NCBI GenBank assembly: GCA_003662765.1
Contig: QMYR01000001.1
Coordinates: 1 to 63,079 of the forward strand
Direction of reading: 5' to 3'
DNA from: Candidatus Thorarchaeota archaeon
Lineage (GTDB): Archaea; Asgardarchaeota; Thorarchaeia; Thorarchaeales; Thorarchaeaceae
Length of the DNA: 63,079 nucleotides
The translations under genes were made by a program, and so were the position numbers. Numbering within the stretch: the stretch's first letter is position 1; each line of letters begins with the position of its first letter. The notes below the pieces were generated by a model that was not told the DNA's origin, did no database searches, and saw only the letters and a program-made list of their open reading frames with translations. Of this stretch, positions 8,219 to 18,104 are shown one piece after another.

Positions 8219-9719
8219 CCAACTCGGCTGGCGATGTCGGCTTCTTCTCGTCATGAGAGAGTGTTTTTCTGAATAGAGCCAATGGACGACCAAGTGCAGA
8301 GAACATGTTGCCAACCTTATGATGTAGAGCGTATGCCGCGGCAGTCAGCAGCAGGAGCAAGGGAAGCGACTCACGTGGGAGAAACAAGACAGCAATGGAC
8401 CACACGAACGGGGTTATCAACATGAGAGGGGTCATCTCAACTGATTCATTATCCGAACCACACATCCGCGACACACTGAGGATGACAATGAAAGGAACCA
8501 ACGTGACGCAGTAGTACTTGTAGATGCCTCGTGGTGACAACGCGTGAGCAAGGAGAAGCATGATTAGAGTGAAGAGGAGGATGCGGCGCCAGTACCTGCG
8601 CAGTTGAGCGTCGTCCTTCACTTCGTACAACATCATTGCCATCGGCGGCATAATCCCTATGACCAACAGAACCGAGGTATACGCGAGTAGGTCTATCGTC
8701 TCTAGAAGCCATGTCGGTGCCCCGACGACGATGAATGGGACCACAATAGTCACAGGGACGTATCGGGGCGGAACAGTTGTGAGGTCCTCAAGATGGGTAA
8801 TGCCGGGTCGTACAAAGATTCTGAATAGATAGTTGTATGGGTCAAAAATGTACGGGATTGACAACAGAGCTGCATAAACGAGAACGACTACCGTGACCTT
8901 TGCGAAGCTCTTTAGATCGAGATCATCACTTGGGGGACGACGCCCTTCTTCCGCATCGCCATCATTCCCCGTAGATTCGGGCGTGGCACCATGACTAAAC
9001 GGGGGTCGCTTCACCAAATATGCGATCAGCGGTAACGCAAAGAACACTGCCATCTGCTTAAAGAAGAAGGCCGTGACAAACGATAATGACCCGGCGTACC
9101 TATGGTTCCTCATCAGCAGATAGAATCCTAGGACTGCAAAGAATGTGAAGGGAGCAGGGTTCAACCAGTTGAAGAGGGTGTGATATAGTACGATTGGGTT
9201 GAACAGATAGGTGAGGGCTGCAACGACTGCGGTCAGCTCATCGTCTGACAGGTACCGCACAATTCCGTAGAGGGGAATCGCTGTCAGGTATCCGAATGCC
9301 GCAATTAACAATGCGATTCCGTACGGCTGAATCGGCAACAGTCTTCCTACGGCACAAAGATAGAGGTAGAGAGGTGGCAGGAAGAAGGGCGTGTTGTAGA
9401 TCTCACCCTGAACTTCTATCGCGTCAAACTCGGCTGTATATGGCGTCACGCCATTTAGAAACTGGTCTGCCCATGAGATGTAGTAGTAATCATAGTCGGC
9501 CCAGCCCTCCCAGTCATAGGTGAAGGGCAGGCCCAAGAACGACAGGTCTCCACCACCTGTCCACGTTGCCCGCAGTGGCCGTTCGCCCGCAAACGTTGTC
9601 GTGGCGTGTTGGAACACAAGGGCCCAGAAGACCAACCCTCCAATGAGTGTCACAATCAAGAGCAGGTGTGGCTCAACTAGCTCCACAATCCTGCTGCGAG
9701 AGAGTAAGGGCCGCGTCAT
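8175..9719 (-). CDS. polytopic membrane protein, GT-C-like (DUF2029/GT87-type) glycosyltransferase candidate, paralog B
   Basis: 514 aa with more than 10 hydrophobic helices. First loop reads WADYDYYYISWADQFLNGVTPY...YNTPFFLPPLYLYLCAVG, matching the D..YY..a..l.G..pY...F.YPP pattern I recall for DUF2029/GT87. Overlaps the upstream paralog by 4 nt. Confidence 0.65.
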   Translation of the reverse strand: MTRPLLSRSRIVELVEPHLLLIVTLIGGLVFWALVFQHATTTFAGERPLRATWTGGGDLSFLGLPFTYDWEGWADYDYYYISWADQFLNGVTPYTAEFDAIEVQGEIYNTPFFLPPLYLYLCAVGRLLPIQPYGIALLIAAFGYLTAIPLYGIVRYLSDDELTAVVAALTYLFNPIVLYHTLFNWLNPAPFTFFAVLGFYLLMRNHRYAGSLSFVTAFFFKQMAVFFALPLIAYLVKRPPFSHGATPESTGNDGDAEEGRRPPSDDLDLKSFAKVTVVVLVYAALLSIPYIFDPYNYLFRIFVRPGITHLEDLTTVPPRYVPVTIVVPFIVVGAPTWLLETIDLLAYTSVLLVIGIMPPMAMMLYEVKDDAQLRRYWRRILLFTLIMLLLAHALSPRGIYKYYCVTLVPFIVILSVSRMCGSDNESVEMTPLMLITPFVWSIAVLFLPRESLPLLLLLTAAAYALHHKVGNMFSALGRPLALFRKTLSHDEKKPTSPAELVTRSSTPRVPSSSS

Positions 9720-11389
9720 TCACTTGGCGCCTCCGAAGACTCGGTGGGGCCGTTGTCAACGGTCATATTGTGATGAGGCCTGACACCCCGCCACCAAGCG
9801 GCAACGCGCTGCCTCACGGGTCTAAGCCGAGTTGTCACTGCACGCCCGAGCCACCTCAGCGGGGCGGTCAACACGTTCCAGAATGCACCCACTGCGTCTG
9901 CCGCAACGTATCCAACAAAGATTATGATGACGCCCGCCAAGTACACGTTCCGGTCGGGCAGCAGTATCAGTAGACTGAGAGCGATTGGTAGCCATAACAT
10001 GGAAACCGAGAATCCCACAGTTTCCTCCTTGCTCGTCACCATCTTCGTCGAAGATAGTATGGAGAAGAACGGCGCAAACAGAGTGAAGTAGTACTTGAAC
10101 ACACCACGCGGCCCCGTAAGGTGAACCCAGAGCATCAACAGGAGTGTGAGATACAAAAGCCGCCGCATATACCTTCGTGGGTGGTCAGCAGGTCGTGGCT
10201 CTATGACCATCAGCCCTAAGAACAACACCACACCAAGCGTCAGAAGAAACTTGTCATATACGAGTGTATCAAGCGCTTGGGCCAGCTCCGGCATTCCTGC
10301 CATTACGGGGAGCACCTGAAGTCGGATGGGCATTCCGTAGCCCGGTGGATCGGTGAACGATTCCAGTGGGAAGCCTCCTGCTGCCAGGCTCATGTAGAAA
10401 AGAACATTCTCACCCTGTGCAATGATGAACGGCGCCATCACAATGCCCACAATTATCAGAACAAGGAGCGTGCTCTGTGCGAAGCCGCGTAGATCAAAAT
10501 ACGAGGAGATTCGGCGCAGGAGGACAATGACCTTCTGAGATGCCTTCTGCGTTTCCGGCTCCTTTTCAATCTCTTCGTCTTCAGTGTCTTGGGTATCGCC
10601 CCGACGCATGGGTCTGGGACGAATCAGCAGATACACGACAAGTGGGAAGCCCAAGAACCATGCAGTCTGCTTGAAGAGGGCTGCAACTACAATTGAAACC
10701 GTACCAAGGTGCCTGTGGTTCTTCACCAAGAAGTAGAACCCGAGAAAGAAGAAGAATATGAAGGGCGAGGGATTTAGCCATGCAAAGTCGATGTGGTACA
10801 GCACGTTCGGATTGAGTAGGTATGTGAGAGCCGCAGCCTCTCCTACATGACGATTGCCTGACAGCTCCTTTGCGATGCCGTAGGTCGGCAAGGCTGTCAA
10901 GTAGCCGAACGCTGCAAGAAGAAGTCCGATGCCCCAATAGCCATCAAGATTGAGGGCAACGCCTGCGGCGTAGAGCAATGCATAGAGTGGAGGAAATATG
11001 TAGAGTCCGTTGTTGTTTGTCACACCTTCCAGCTCTATGTGACCAAACTCCTCGCAATACGGGAGAATCCCATTGAGCATGTTGTTTCCCCAATGAACGT
11101 AGTAGAATGAGTAGTCAGAATAGCCTTCGAGCTGGTACTGCACCGTGTACCCGAATAACTGGAACTCGCCCTTGCCCAACCACACCATCCGCGACACCCA
11201 GACCGATGAGTCCAGATAGTCGGTCAGGGCAGCCCTGAATACCTCCACCCAGACGTACAGTCCAAGGGCTAATACTACGAATAGCAACCAGTACTCCAAG
11301 AGGAAACGTGTGATTCTCCTTCCCACAACCCGGGGAAACATGGTCTTCAACTGTTGGACCCGACTCTTATACTTGTCCAACAGCGACAC
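9716..11389 (-). CDS. polytopic membrane protein, GT-C-like (DUF2029/GT87-type) glycosyltransferase candidate, paralog A
   Basis: 557 aa. YSDYSFYYVHWGNNMLNGILPY...LYIFPPLYALLYAAG is collinear with the neighbouring paralog. GTG start lies 6 nt after the rad50 stop. Confidence 0.65.
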   Translation of the reverse strand: MSLLDKYKSRVQQLKTMFPRVVGRRITRFLLEYWLLFVVLALGLYVWVEVFRAALTDYLDSSVWVSRMVWLGKGEFQLFGYTVQYQLEGYSDYSFYYVHWGNNMLNGILPYCEEFGHIELEGVTNNNGLYIFPPLYALLYAAGVALNLDGYWGIGLLLAAFGYLTALPTYGIAKELSGNRHVGEAAALTYLLNPNVLYHIDFAWLNPSPFIFFFFLGFYFLVKNHRHLGTVSIVVAALFKQTAWFLGFPLVVYLLIRPRPMRRGDTQDTEDEEIEKEPETQKASQKVIVLLRRISSYFDLRGFAQSTLLVLIIVGIVMAPFIIAQGENVLFYMSLAAGGFPLESFTDPPGYGMPIRLQVLPVMAGMPELAQALDTLVYDKFLLTLGVVLFLGLMVIEPRPADHPRRYMRRLLYLTLLLMLWVHLTGPRGVFKYYFTLFAPFFSILSSTKMVTSKEETVGFSVSMLWLPIALSLLILLPDRNVYLAGVIIIFVGYVAADAVGAFWNVLTAPLRWLGRAVTTRLRPVRQRVAAWWRGVRPHHNMTVDNGPTESSEAPSE

Positions 11390-11395
11390 GATGAG

Positions 11396-13489
11396 TCACG
11401 ACTCATCTGAGAGTCTAAGGACTGCGGTGCTGCCCCCATCGGTCTTTTGAACATCAATGACAGGCACGCCCTGCCAGCTCTGGATGTCAGTGTGTGTGAT
11501 TAGAAGAATCTGCTGGAAACTCTTGTCATTGACCAGATTGGCCACGACTGAGAGGCGCCTCTGCCGGTCAAGACCACCAAGCGGTTCGTCCAGCAGCACA
11601 CATCGCACTCGTGGGGAGAGAGCAGGACTATCCTTCAGGGGTCTGATTGAGCTCATTGTTCTGCTAATTCCAAGACGTAGTGCAAGACTGATGGCCGTGC
11701 GATCCCCGAAGCTGATCTTCTCTTTCGTCTTAGTGACATTGTCCCGCTCGTCACGAATGCTGAGCGCCAATCCTGGCCCTGAACGGCCTCGTGGGGGTGT
11801 AGGAATCAGGTCAATCTGTGTGTATTGTCCGTTCGTGAACTCTGTGACATATTGTTTCGTTGCCGTACGGATAATGCCAATGAGACGCTTCTGGAATACC
11901 CAATCGGCCACGAAGCCCCTCACTAGATTCAATCTGACGTATTTCGTGTGGTCCCGAATAGACTCCATCTCTTGAATCTCTGCACCAGTCTGACGCATCT
12001 TCTCAATGCGCTTTTCTATGGCCGCGATCTCGGCACGGGCCCTCCCAATCTCACGGTCAATCTGCGCCAGTCTGTTTTCAAGAGCCCTGATCTGCTCCTT
12101 GAGAACACCATGGCGAGTCTTGAGTCCCGACAGCTCCTTCGCCCCGTAAGTTTCGAGGAGAGATGCAATGTCTTTGACGCCAGCCTCCCGAAGGGTGCTC
12201 TCAAGGCCCGATTTCGCGGACTCCAGCGACTCCATCACCTGCTGGAGTTCATTGTCACGAGATGCCGCCCTGTTCACAGCCTGCAGAGCAGACTCCGTCT
12301 GAGATAGTCGATCGCGGAGTTCGCGAATTCTGGACTCAGCAGACTTGCGTTGCTTGGTAATCTCTGATAGTCGTTGTTTCCCAGACTCAATCTCATTCTC
12401 GTATTCGGCAACTATGGAGTCACGTTCATCACCTGTGAGCGGTTTCGAGCAGGTTGGACAACGTGCCACCCCCTCGCTGTCGGCACTCACAGCCCTGAGA
12501 GTTTGAATCTTCCTTCGTAGGTCCTTCTCACGGCCTCTTATCGCACCAATCTCTTGGTCCATCTCTGCGATCTGAATCGTGAGAGTAGATATCTCCTTGT
12601 CAATGCGCTCAACCTGTTTGCGCAACACGCTCTGCCTCTTGATAATGGCCTCTGAGGCACTCACCGGCAGGCCGGCCTCTTTCAGGTCGCGCTCCTTCTC
12701 TCTCTTGATTCTCTCGATGTCCCGCTCGATGTCCGAGATTTGTTGCAATAGTCTGTCCAGTTGATCGATGAGTACAGGGTCAGGCAACCTGTCGAGGGCC
12801 TCCCTGCGGGCCTTTAGCTCCTCACGCTTCTCTGACGCCTCGGCCTCCAGCTCTGTGACACGTGCTTGGGTCTGGGCAAGTTGTTCTTCCAGAACCTCCG
12901 GACGCGTGTACTCGTCGCGAAGCGTCTTGATACGAACACTGAGGTCATCCTCAAGATCTCCTAAATGGCGACTCATGTCCTCTAGAATCTTGATGTTGTA
13001 GACCCTCTCTAGAAGTTCTCGAAGTTCGCTCGGAGGCGCGAGTGCTATGCGTGCGACCTCGCCTTGGCGGACCAGAAGTGTGTTCAGAGCCTGGTCGAGC
13101 TGTAGATTCAAGATTTGCTCTATCTCTCTCGCAACGGTGCGGGTCTTGTCAGCAATTCGTCGCCAGTGATCGTCAACAAGACGGTAGAGAATCACCCTTG
13201 TCTGGTTGGCTGGGTCGTAGGAGCGTTCGATTTTGTACGTCGTGCCGGCCACCACGAACTCGAGCACCACTTTGCAGAAGGTAGAGTTCGTGTTGATGAG
13301 ATCTTCATTCTTGAGCGCAACAGCGTTCGCTCCCCATAACGCCCAAAGAATCGCCTCGAATATCGAGGACTTGCCGGTCGAGTTGGGGCCTCTGATGAGA
13401 ATCAGTCCGTCGGGGAGTTCGCCCTCCGGAGGAAGCTCGAGGCGCCTGAAGGGTTTGAAGTTAGTGAGTTCCAAGCGCAGTATCTTCAA
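11396..13489 (-). CDS. rad50: Rad50 DSB-repair ATPase
   Basis: Walker A GPNSTGKSS, long heptad coiled coil, zinc hook ARCPTCSKPL, signature-like ISFGDR, Walker B VLLDEPLGGLD, H-loop LITHTD. 697 aa, which is short for Rad50. Confidence 0.9.
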   Translation of the reverse strand: MKILRLELTNFKPFRRLELPPEGELPDGLILIRGPNSTGKSSIFEAILWALWGANAVALKNEDLINTNSTFCKVVLEFVVAGTTYKIERSYDPANQTRVILYRLVDDHWRRIADKTRTVAREIEQILNLQLDQALNTLLVRQGEVARIALAPPSELRELLERVYNIKILEDMSRHLGDLEDDLSVRIKTLRDEYTRPEVLEEQLAQTQARVTELEAEASEKREELKARREALDRLPDPVLIDQLDRLLQQISDIERDIERIKREKERDLKEAGLPVSASEAIIKRQSVLRKQVERIDKEISTLTIQIAEMDQEIGAIRGREKDLRRKIQTLRAVSADSEGVARCPTCSKPLTGDERDSIVAEYENEIESGKQRLSEITKQRKSAESRIRELRDRLSQTESALQAVNRAASRDNELQQVMESLESAKSGLESTLREAGVKDIASLLETYGAKELSGLKTRHGVLKEQIRALENRLAQIDREIGRARAEIAAIEKRIEKMRQTGAEIQEMESIRDHTKYVRLNLVRGFVADWVFQKRLIGIIRTATKQYVTEFTNGQYTQIDLIPTPPRGRSGPGLALSIRDERDNVTKTKEKISFGDRTAISLALRLGISRTMSSIRPLKDSPALSPRVRCVLLDEPLGGLDRQRRLSVVANLVNDKSFQQILLITHTDIQSWQGVPVIDVQKTDGGSTAVLRLSDES

Positions 13490-14793
13490 GCCTCATCCTC
13501 CTCCAGAGTATCGATTGTCAGATGCTCCTCCGTCCCAGACACTGCGAACTCTAGCGCACGTACTGCGATCTTCGTCAGCAACTCGGGGTCGTATCGAGGG
13601 TCGACCTCAAGGGTTCCAAGATACTCACGGAAGTCCTGCTCGGGATTCTCAATCAGGTACTCGGACTCGATATCACTGTAGGCAGGGGCGTTGTGTTCTC
13701 TCTCCTCGACCCTCACAGCCCACACAAACTGAGCAACATTGTATTCCGAGCCCTCTCGGAGGATTTCGGAACGAAGCGCATCAAGTTCAGCCGCAAGCTC
13801 GATGCTGCCCAGTGCGCGCGTCGCCCCCTCAAATCGTAGCCTCACCCGCGCAGCTGTATCAGGGTCCCAGCTGGCACGAAGACCCTTTTCCTCAAACCAT
13901 GCCCTCACACGCTCCACCACAGACTGTGGCGTGTCTTGAGACTTGACATTGATACGCTCGTTGAAGACAGGGCGACGAAACTCCAAGAGATGGCGCTCTA
14001 CGCTTGGCATTTCACCGCGATGTAATGTCACAACTAGGAAGCCCTTGTCTAGGCCTGCCTCATCAAATCTCCAGCGCTCAGGAGAGCCTGCGTACCAAGC
14101 ATTGTCGTAGAGCTTGCGCTGTCTGTGGTCATGGCCCAGTGCCACGTACTCGTAGTGATGGGTAAAGATCTCAGTATAGAGAGACCTATCGAGCTCCATG
14201 CCATGTGATACTGCCACAGAGATTCGTTTGCGGCTCGGCTTCTGAACCTCGGATATCCACTCATTGAACTTCTGCATGAGATCTGCAGACTCGAGAACCG
14301 CTCTCTCGATGAACGGAAAACAGAACACATCCAGTTTGTCAAACGAGAACTTCAGTGGCTTGCCCTCGGAAAAGGCACGCTTGAGGTCCACCTGTGTGGC
14401 CACATGCACGTTTGGCACCGAGATGCGCAGCAGGTCCAGCAGGCTGACATCCCGGGTTCGATAAAGCCCGTGATTTCCCTCAATGATCAGGACAGGAACT
14501 CCCGTTCGCGCTGTGAACTTCTGCAGCACTGCTATAGCGGTTTCCTGTGCCACCACGGGAGGCTGCGAGGGATTCTTGTCCCATGGGGAGTCATAGAGGT
14601 CGCCCGAGTGCACCACCAAATCAACTGGCGGATCCATAGCTGCGATGCGGTCGAAGACCTCTGCGAATCGCTCATAGAAGTCATTCTCTAGGAGACGGGA
14701 ACGCATCTCCTCACCCCACACGTTCTGCTTGACGCCCTCGCGTGGGGAGAAACCCAGATGGGTGTCGGAAACATGAGCGATACGAGCCTCCAT
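13486..14793 (-). CDS. mre11: Mre11 nuclease
   Basis: Calcineurin-type phosphoesterase motifs HVSDTHLG, GDLYD, GNHG, VSHG and GHDH. 4-nt overlap with the rad50 start. Confidence 0.9.
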   Translation of the reverse strand: MEARIAHVSDTHLGFSPREGVKQNVWGEEMRSRLLENDFYERFAEVFDRIAAMDPPVDLVVHSGDLYDSPWDKNPSQPPVVAQETAIAVLQKFTARTGVPVLIIEGNHGLYRTRDVSLLDLLRISVPNVHVATQVDLKRAFSEGKPLKFSFDKLDVFCFPFIERAVLESADLMQKFNEWISEVQKPSRKRISVAVSHGMELDRSLYTEIFTHHYEYVALGHDHRQRKLYDNAWYAGSPERWRFDEAGLDKGFLVVTLHRGEMPSVERHLLEFRRPVFNERINVKSQDTPQSVVERVRAWFEEKGLRASWDPDTAARVRLRFEGATRALGSIELAAELDALRSEILREGSEYNVAQFVWAVRVEEREHNAPAYSDIESEYLIENPEQDFREYLGTLEVDPRYDPELLTKIAVRALEFAVSGTEEHLTIDTLEEDEA

Positions 14794-14802
14794 CAGTGCA
14801 CC

Positions 14803-16566
14803 TCAGATGACATGTTTCCGGGTCGGCCTACCAGAGCTTTGCCTATATCGATGGCGGTCACGTTCGAAGATGTGATCGAAGAGGGGTACGCGAACAGGAA
14901 GCGGAAGCTCACGATATGATGCTGTCACTATTCCCTCGCCGCGACCCATGACCCGGAACTCATCATCGAAGCCAGAGATGTTAACACTTGCGTTCTCGAT
15001 ACACGCCTGAATCTCACGCTCGTTCCCGAGACGTAGGTTGATTTCGGTGTTCATCTGGCTGAGGATGACATTGTCGAGAACACTGACTTGCTGGCTGACG
15101 ACCAACAGACCGATGTTGAACTTCCTGCCCTGGCGGGAGATGTCCTTGAACACGGATTGCCCCTTCATCAACTCGGGATTGAGAATAGATGGGGCCTCCT
15201 CCACGGTGATGAGGAGCACCGGGAGGTCTCGAGGATCTCGCACTGGAGCGTCATCGCCCGAGCCAATGCCATAGAACGCACGGGCCTTCTGAACAATGCG
15301 CCTGAAGAAACCTGTGGGAAGTCTGAGTTGCGCCTGACGGTCAAAGTCGGCCAGTGTTCCGCTGCTCTTCACAGCACGTCTGAGGTCAGACAGAGTTCTC
15401 GTCACAATTGTGGTCAGCAAGAACTGCTCCATGTCGCTCATCAGACTGGTATTAACAACCAAGACGCGGCCGGTTTCCATGGCCTCGAAGATGAGGGGCA
15501 TAACAGAGACCCCAGTCTTTTGAAAGATTGGCGAACGCTCCACAAACCGCAGCCTGCGTTGCACAGCTCGGAGTGTGCCCGCAGGAACCCCTCCCGCATT
15601 CTCCTCATCCATCTCCAGGATTGTGGCAATCCATTCCTCGCGTTTCTGCGAGTATACCGTGTCAATGAAAGCAGCCATCTGTGGTGTAAAGTCCATTATG
15701 GAGTAGAGGTCACGTGGCTGAATTTCAGACCATAGGATGCGAATCTCCTTTGCATATCTCTTGATCTCGCGTGGAGTTGCCTGCTTGTGAGTGGTCAGAT
15801 AATAGAACTCGCCAATCACCTGAGAGCGCGTGGCGCGATCCATGGCCTCCACGATACTCTGAATGCCGTATCTATCAATTCCTCTTGCAAACTCGTCGTG
15901 AGGGTCGATACAGAAGGCGGAAACTCTCTGACCATCGCCGTGGCGAGCCAAGACCTCCATGTTGTTATCGATGAGGGACTTTATCAGCACCATCATCAGA
16001 TTGCTCTTTCCCGCACCGGTGGACCCAAAGATTCCCAAGTGCATCGGTAGGAACCGTGCTGGAATCTTCACGGGTACATTCAAAGCCGCCTCGCCCACTT
16101 GGAAATCGCCGATGTATATGTCACCCTCCACTTGGGGTCCAAGCAGCTGGGCAACAATCTCGTCGGAGGTACCTGGGAGCGGACGAAAAACAGGAGCAAG
16201 ATGGTCTGGGAGGCGACGTGGCGACCTGAAGACCCATCCGCCAGTTGGTGTGTCACGCTCGGCATAGCCAAGCAGGCGGCCGCCCACGGCGAGGAGCATG
16301 TTCCTCTCGATTCCCGCCAGATATGCATCACCCTCCACAAGCATTGTGCCAGCAACACGAGGAAGGTCGTCCACCTGGCGGATATAGTTCTGCAGTTCCA
16401 AGACGCGAAAGAAAAACACCCGCTCATGGTCGTCACGACGGGAGTATATCATGAACAACTCCCCGACACAGATGTCGCGATTGCTGCCCATTATCTCCAG
16501 CACAGTCTGATTACCAACACTCACAATTCCAAATGCTTCACCGAGTTGGTCTTTGTCGACAGCCAA
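14803..16566 (-). CDS. herA: HerA hexameric helicase/translocase (FtsK-HerA superfamily)
   Basis: Walker A GIFGSTGAGKSN, Walker B region VLLITVEEAPS, 587 aa, located between nurA and mre11. Confidence 0.9.
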   Translation of the reverse strand: MAVDKDQLGEAFGIVSVGNQTVLEIMGSNRDICVGELFMIYSRRDDHERVFFFRVLELQNYIRQVDDLPRVAGTMLVEGDAYLAGIERNMLLAVGGRLLGYAERDTPTGGWVFRSPRRLPDHLAPVFRPLPGTSDEIVAQLLGPQVEGDIYIGDFQVGEAALNVPVKIPARFLPMHLGIFGSTGAGKSNLMMVLIKSLIDNNMEVLARHGDGQRVSAFCIDPHDEFARGIDRYGIQSIVEAMDRATRSQVIGEFYYLTTHKQATPREIKRYAKEIRILWSEIQPRDLYSIMDFTPQMAAFIDTVYSQKREEWIATILEMDEENAGGVPAGTLRAVQRRLRFVERSPIFQKTGVSVMPLIFEAMETGRVLVVNTSLMSDMEQFLLTTIVTRTLSDLRRAVKSSGTLADFDRQAQLRLPTGFFRRIVQKARAFYGIGSGDDAPVRDPRDLPVLLITVEEAPSILNPELMKGQSVFKDISRQGRKFNIGLLVVSQQVSVLDNVILSQMNTEINLRLGNEREIQACIENASVNISGFDDEFRVMGRGEGIVTASYRELPLPVRVPLFDHIFERDRHRYRQSSGRPTRKHVI

Positions 16567-16578
16567 GACAATCGCACC

Positions 16579-17868
16579 TCACATGTTGTAGTCCTCACGC
16601 AACGGATCCAACTTTCCAGAATCAAGACCGACGTTTCGTATTAGGCCCCTGGCAATCTCGCGAGCCATGCGGAGATCGTCCCTCCTCAGCACACACCTCT
16701 CGTGGGCGACTCCAAGTGGAACCGGATAGCCATACCAACGGGCATCGCGCGACATGAACTCAAGATCTCTGAACACTAGTTTCGCCTTCTCTTTCATGGT
16801 TTCTGAATCAGTGTCCAGTACGTGTTTCTCCCACCATACTCTGTCAAAGTCCACACGCGATGGGCGATTCTCATCTGAGAAGCTGAAGAGGTACGATACG
16901 GCAAGTATTGGTGGGATGTACGTCCTGTTCTCATAGATGTGAAGCTCTCCACCTGGTTCGCGCTTTGAGGGCAGAAAACAGAACCACTTGGAACCACCGG
17001 ACTTCTTGCGAACAGCCCGAGCTATCTGATGTGCGGCTGGCACGGTGTGATTCTTGCTGATAGCGCACACAATGACACCCTTCTTCCGTGCGAGTTCCAA
17101 CAAATGCCTGAGTATGAAACCACTTGGCATGGTGGGGTATTTTCGCATGAGATGAGTGAATATGGACAGCGAGCCATCGAGGAGTAGGTACCTCGGTTTG
17201 AACTTGCTCTCAATTAGCCGTCGCGCGGCGTCATACTCGAACACCTTGCGAAGCTCGTCATGAATGGCGGCATTTGTTAGAGCTGGAGCACGTGAGAGCA
17301 GGGATCGCAAGTCTGAGAGCTCATTCACATACGGACCATATTCGGTTTCGCCCAGGTTTTCGAAGCTGTTCAAATCATCCTGACCGAGCCAATCCCTAAA
17401 GAATGGAAGAATAAGGTCTTCAAACTTCACAGGATAAAAGTGGGCTATGGTTTCTGCCACTTTGGTGAGGGTATCCTCCTTGACACCTGTGTGCCAGTGA
17501 AAATCTATACGAGGCTGGCCAGTGCCAAGAGCCTCACTGAGCTCAACCGGATTAATCTCATGGAAGAGTCTGCCGTCGCGGGTGCCGGTATGGAAGACCA
17601 CCGTTGCGGATGTGAAAAGGTGAATCCGGATGTCGTTAATTACAACAAAGTCAGGACTCCCGGAGCCGTCAATTGCTGCAACCAGATAGTCTTCTTCGAG
17701 AGGCTGATTGGTGGGATGGGGAATGATGCTCTCTGACAAATCGCGCATGATGCGCGCCTCATCCAGCTTGAGCCGCTCGTTCTCCTCCCTCTTCTGATAA
17801 GTCGAGATGTCTCTGAAAATGGCACGCAATGTCTTCCGAAAGTTTCTCGACAGTATTCGCTCAATCAT
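16579..17868 (-). CDS. nurA: NurA 5'-3' nuclease
   Basis: 429 aa with acidic motifs AAIDGSGS and LLLDGSLS typical of NurA. Sits 12 nt upstream of herA. Confidence 0.75.
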   Translation of the reverse strand: MIERILSRNFRKTLRAIFRDISTYQKREENERLKLDEARIMRDLSESIIPHPTNQPLEEDYLVAAIDGSGSPDFVVINDIRIHLFTSATVVFHTGTRDGRLFHEINPVELSEALGTGQPRIDFHWHTGVKEDTLTKVAETIAHFYPVKFEDLILPFFRDWLGQDDLNSFENLGETEYGPYVNELSDLRSLLSRAPALTNAAIHDELRKVFEYDAARRLIESKFKPRYLLLDGSLSIFTHLMRKYPTMPSGFILRHLLELARKKGVIVCAISKNHTVPAAHQIARAVRKKSGGSKWFCFLPSKREPGGELHIYENRTYIPPILAVSYLFSFSDENRPSRVDFDRVWWEKHVLDTDSETMKEKAKLVFRDLEFMSRDARWYGYPVPLGVAHERCVLRRDDLRMAREIARGLIRNVGLDSGKLDPLREDYNM

Positions 17869-18104
17869 CTGCGCCCTCTCGCTGCGTTGGGGATGGCCTC
17901 ATGCAGTTGGGCTGCCCCCAACGAAGTCATTCCTCCCAGAAGATAAAAGCTTGCCACTCGTGAGAGGCGAGCTACCGGAACCGCGCTCTTGAAGAGAGGT
18001 GCTGGTTCATCTCCAATTGTCTTTTAAGCCATGAGGGCCACGAGAACATGACGCAAGTATTTCTGGCTCAGAGGGAACCAAATCCGGATGAAGGGTGTGA
18101 TTAA

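Noticed and set aside
14803-17868. HerA-NurA pair as a possible stand-alone anti-phage or defence module.
   Set aside because: They sit in one operon with canonical Mre11 and Rad50, the classic archaeal end-resection set. There are no Sir2, nuclease-toxin, methylase or other defence partners nearby.
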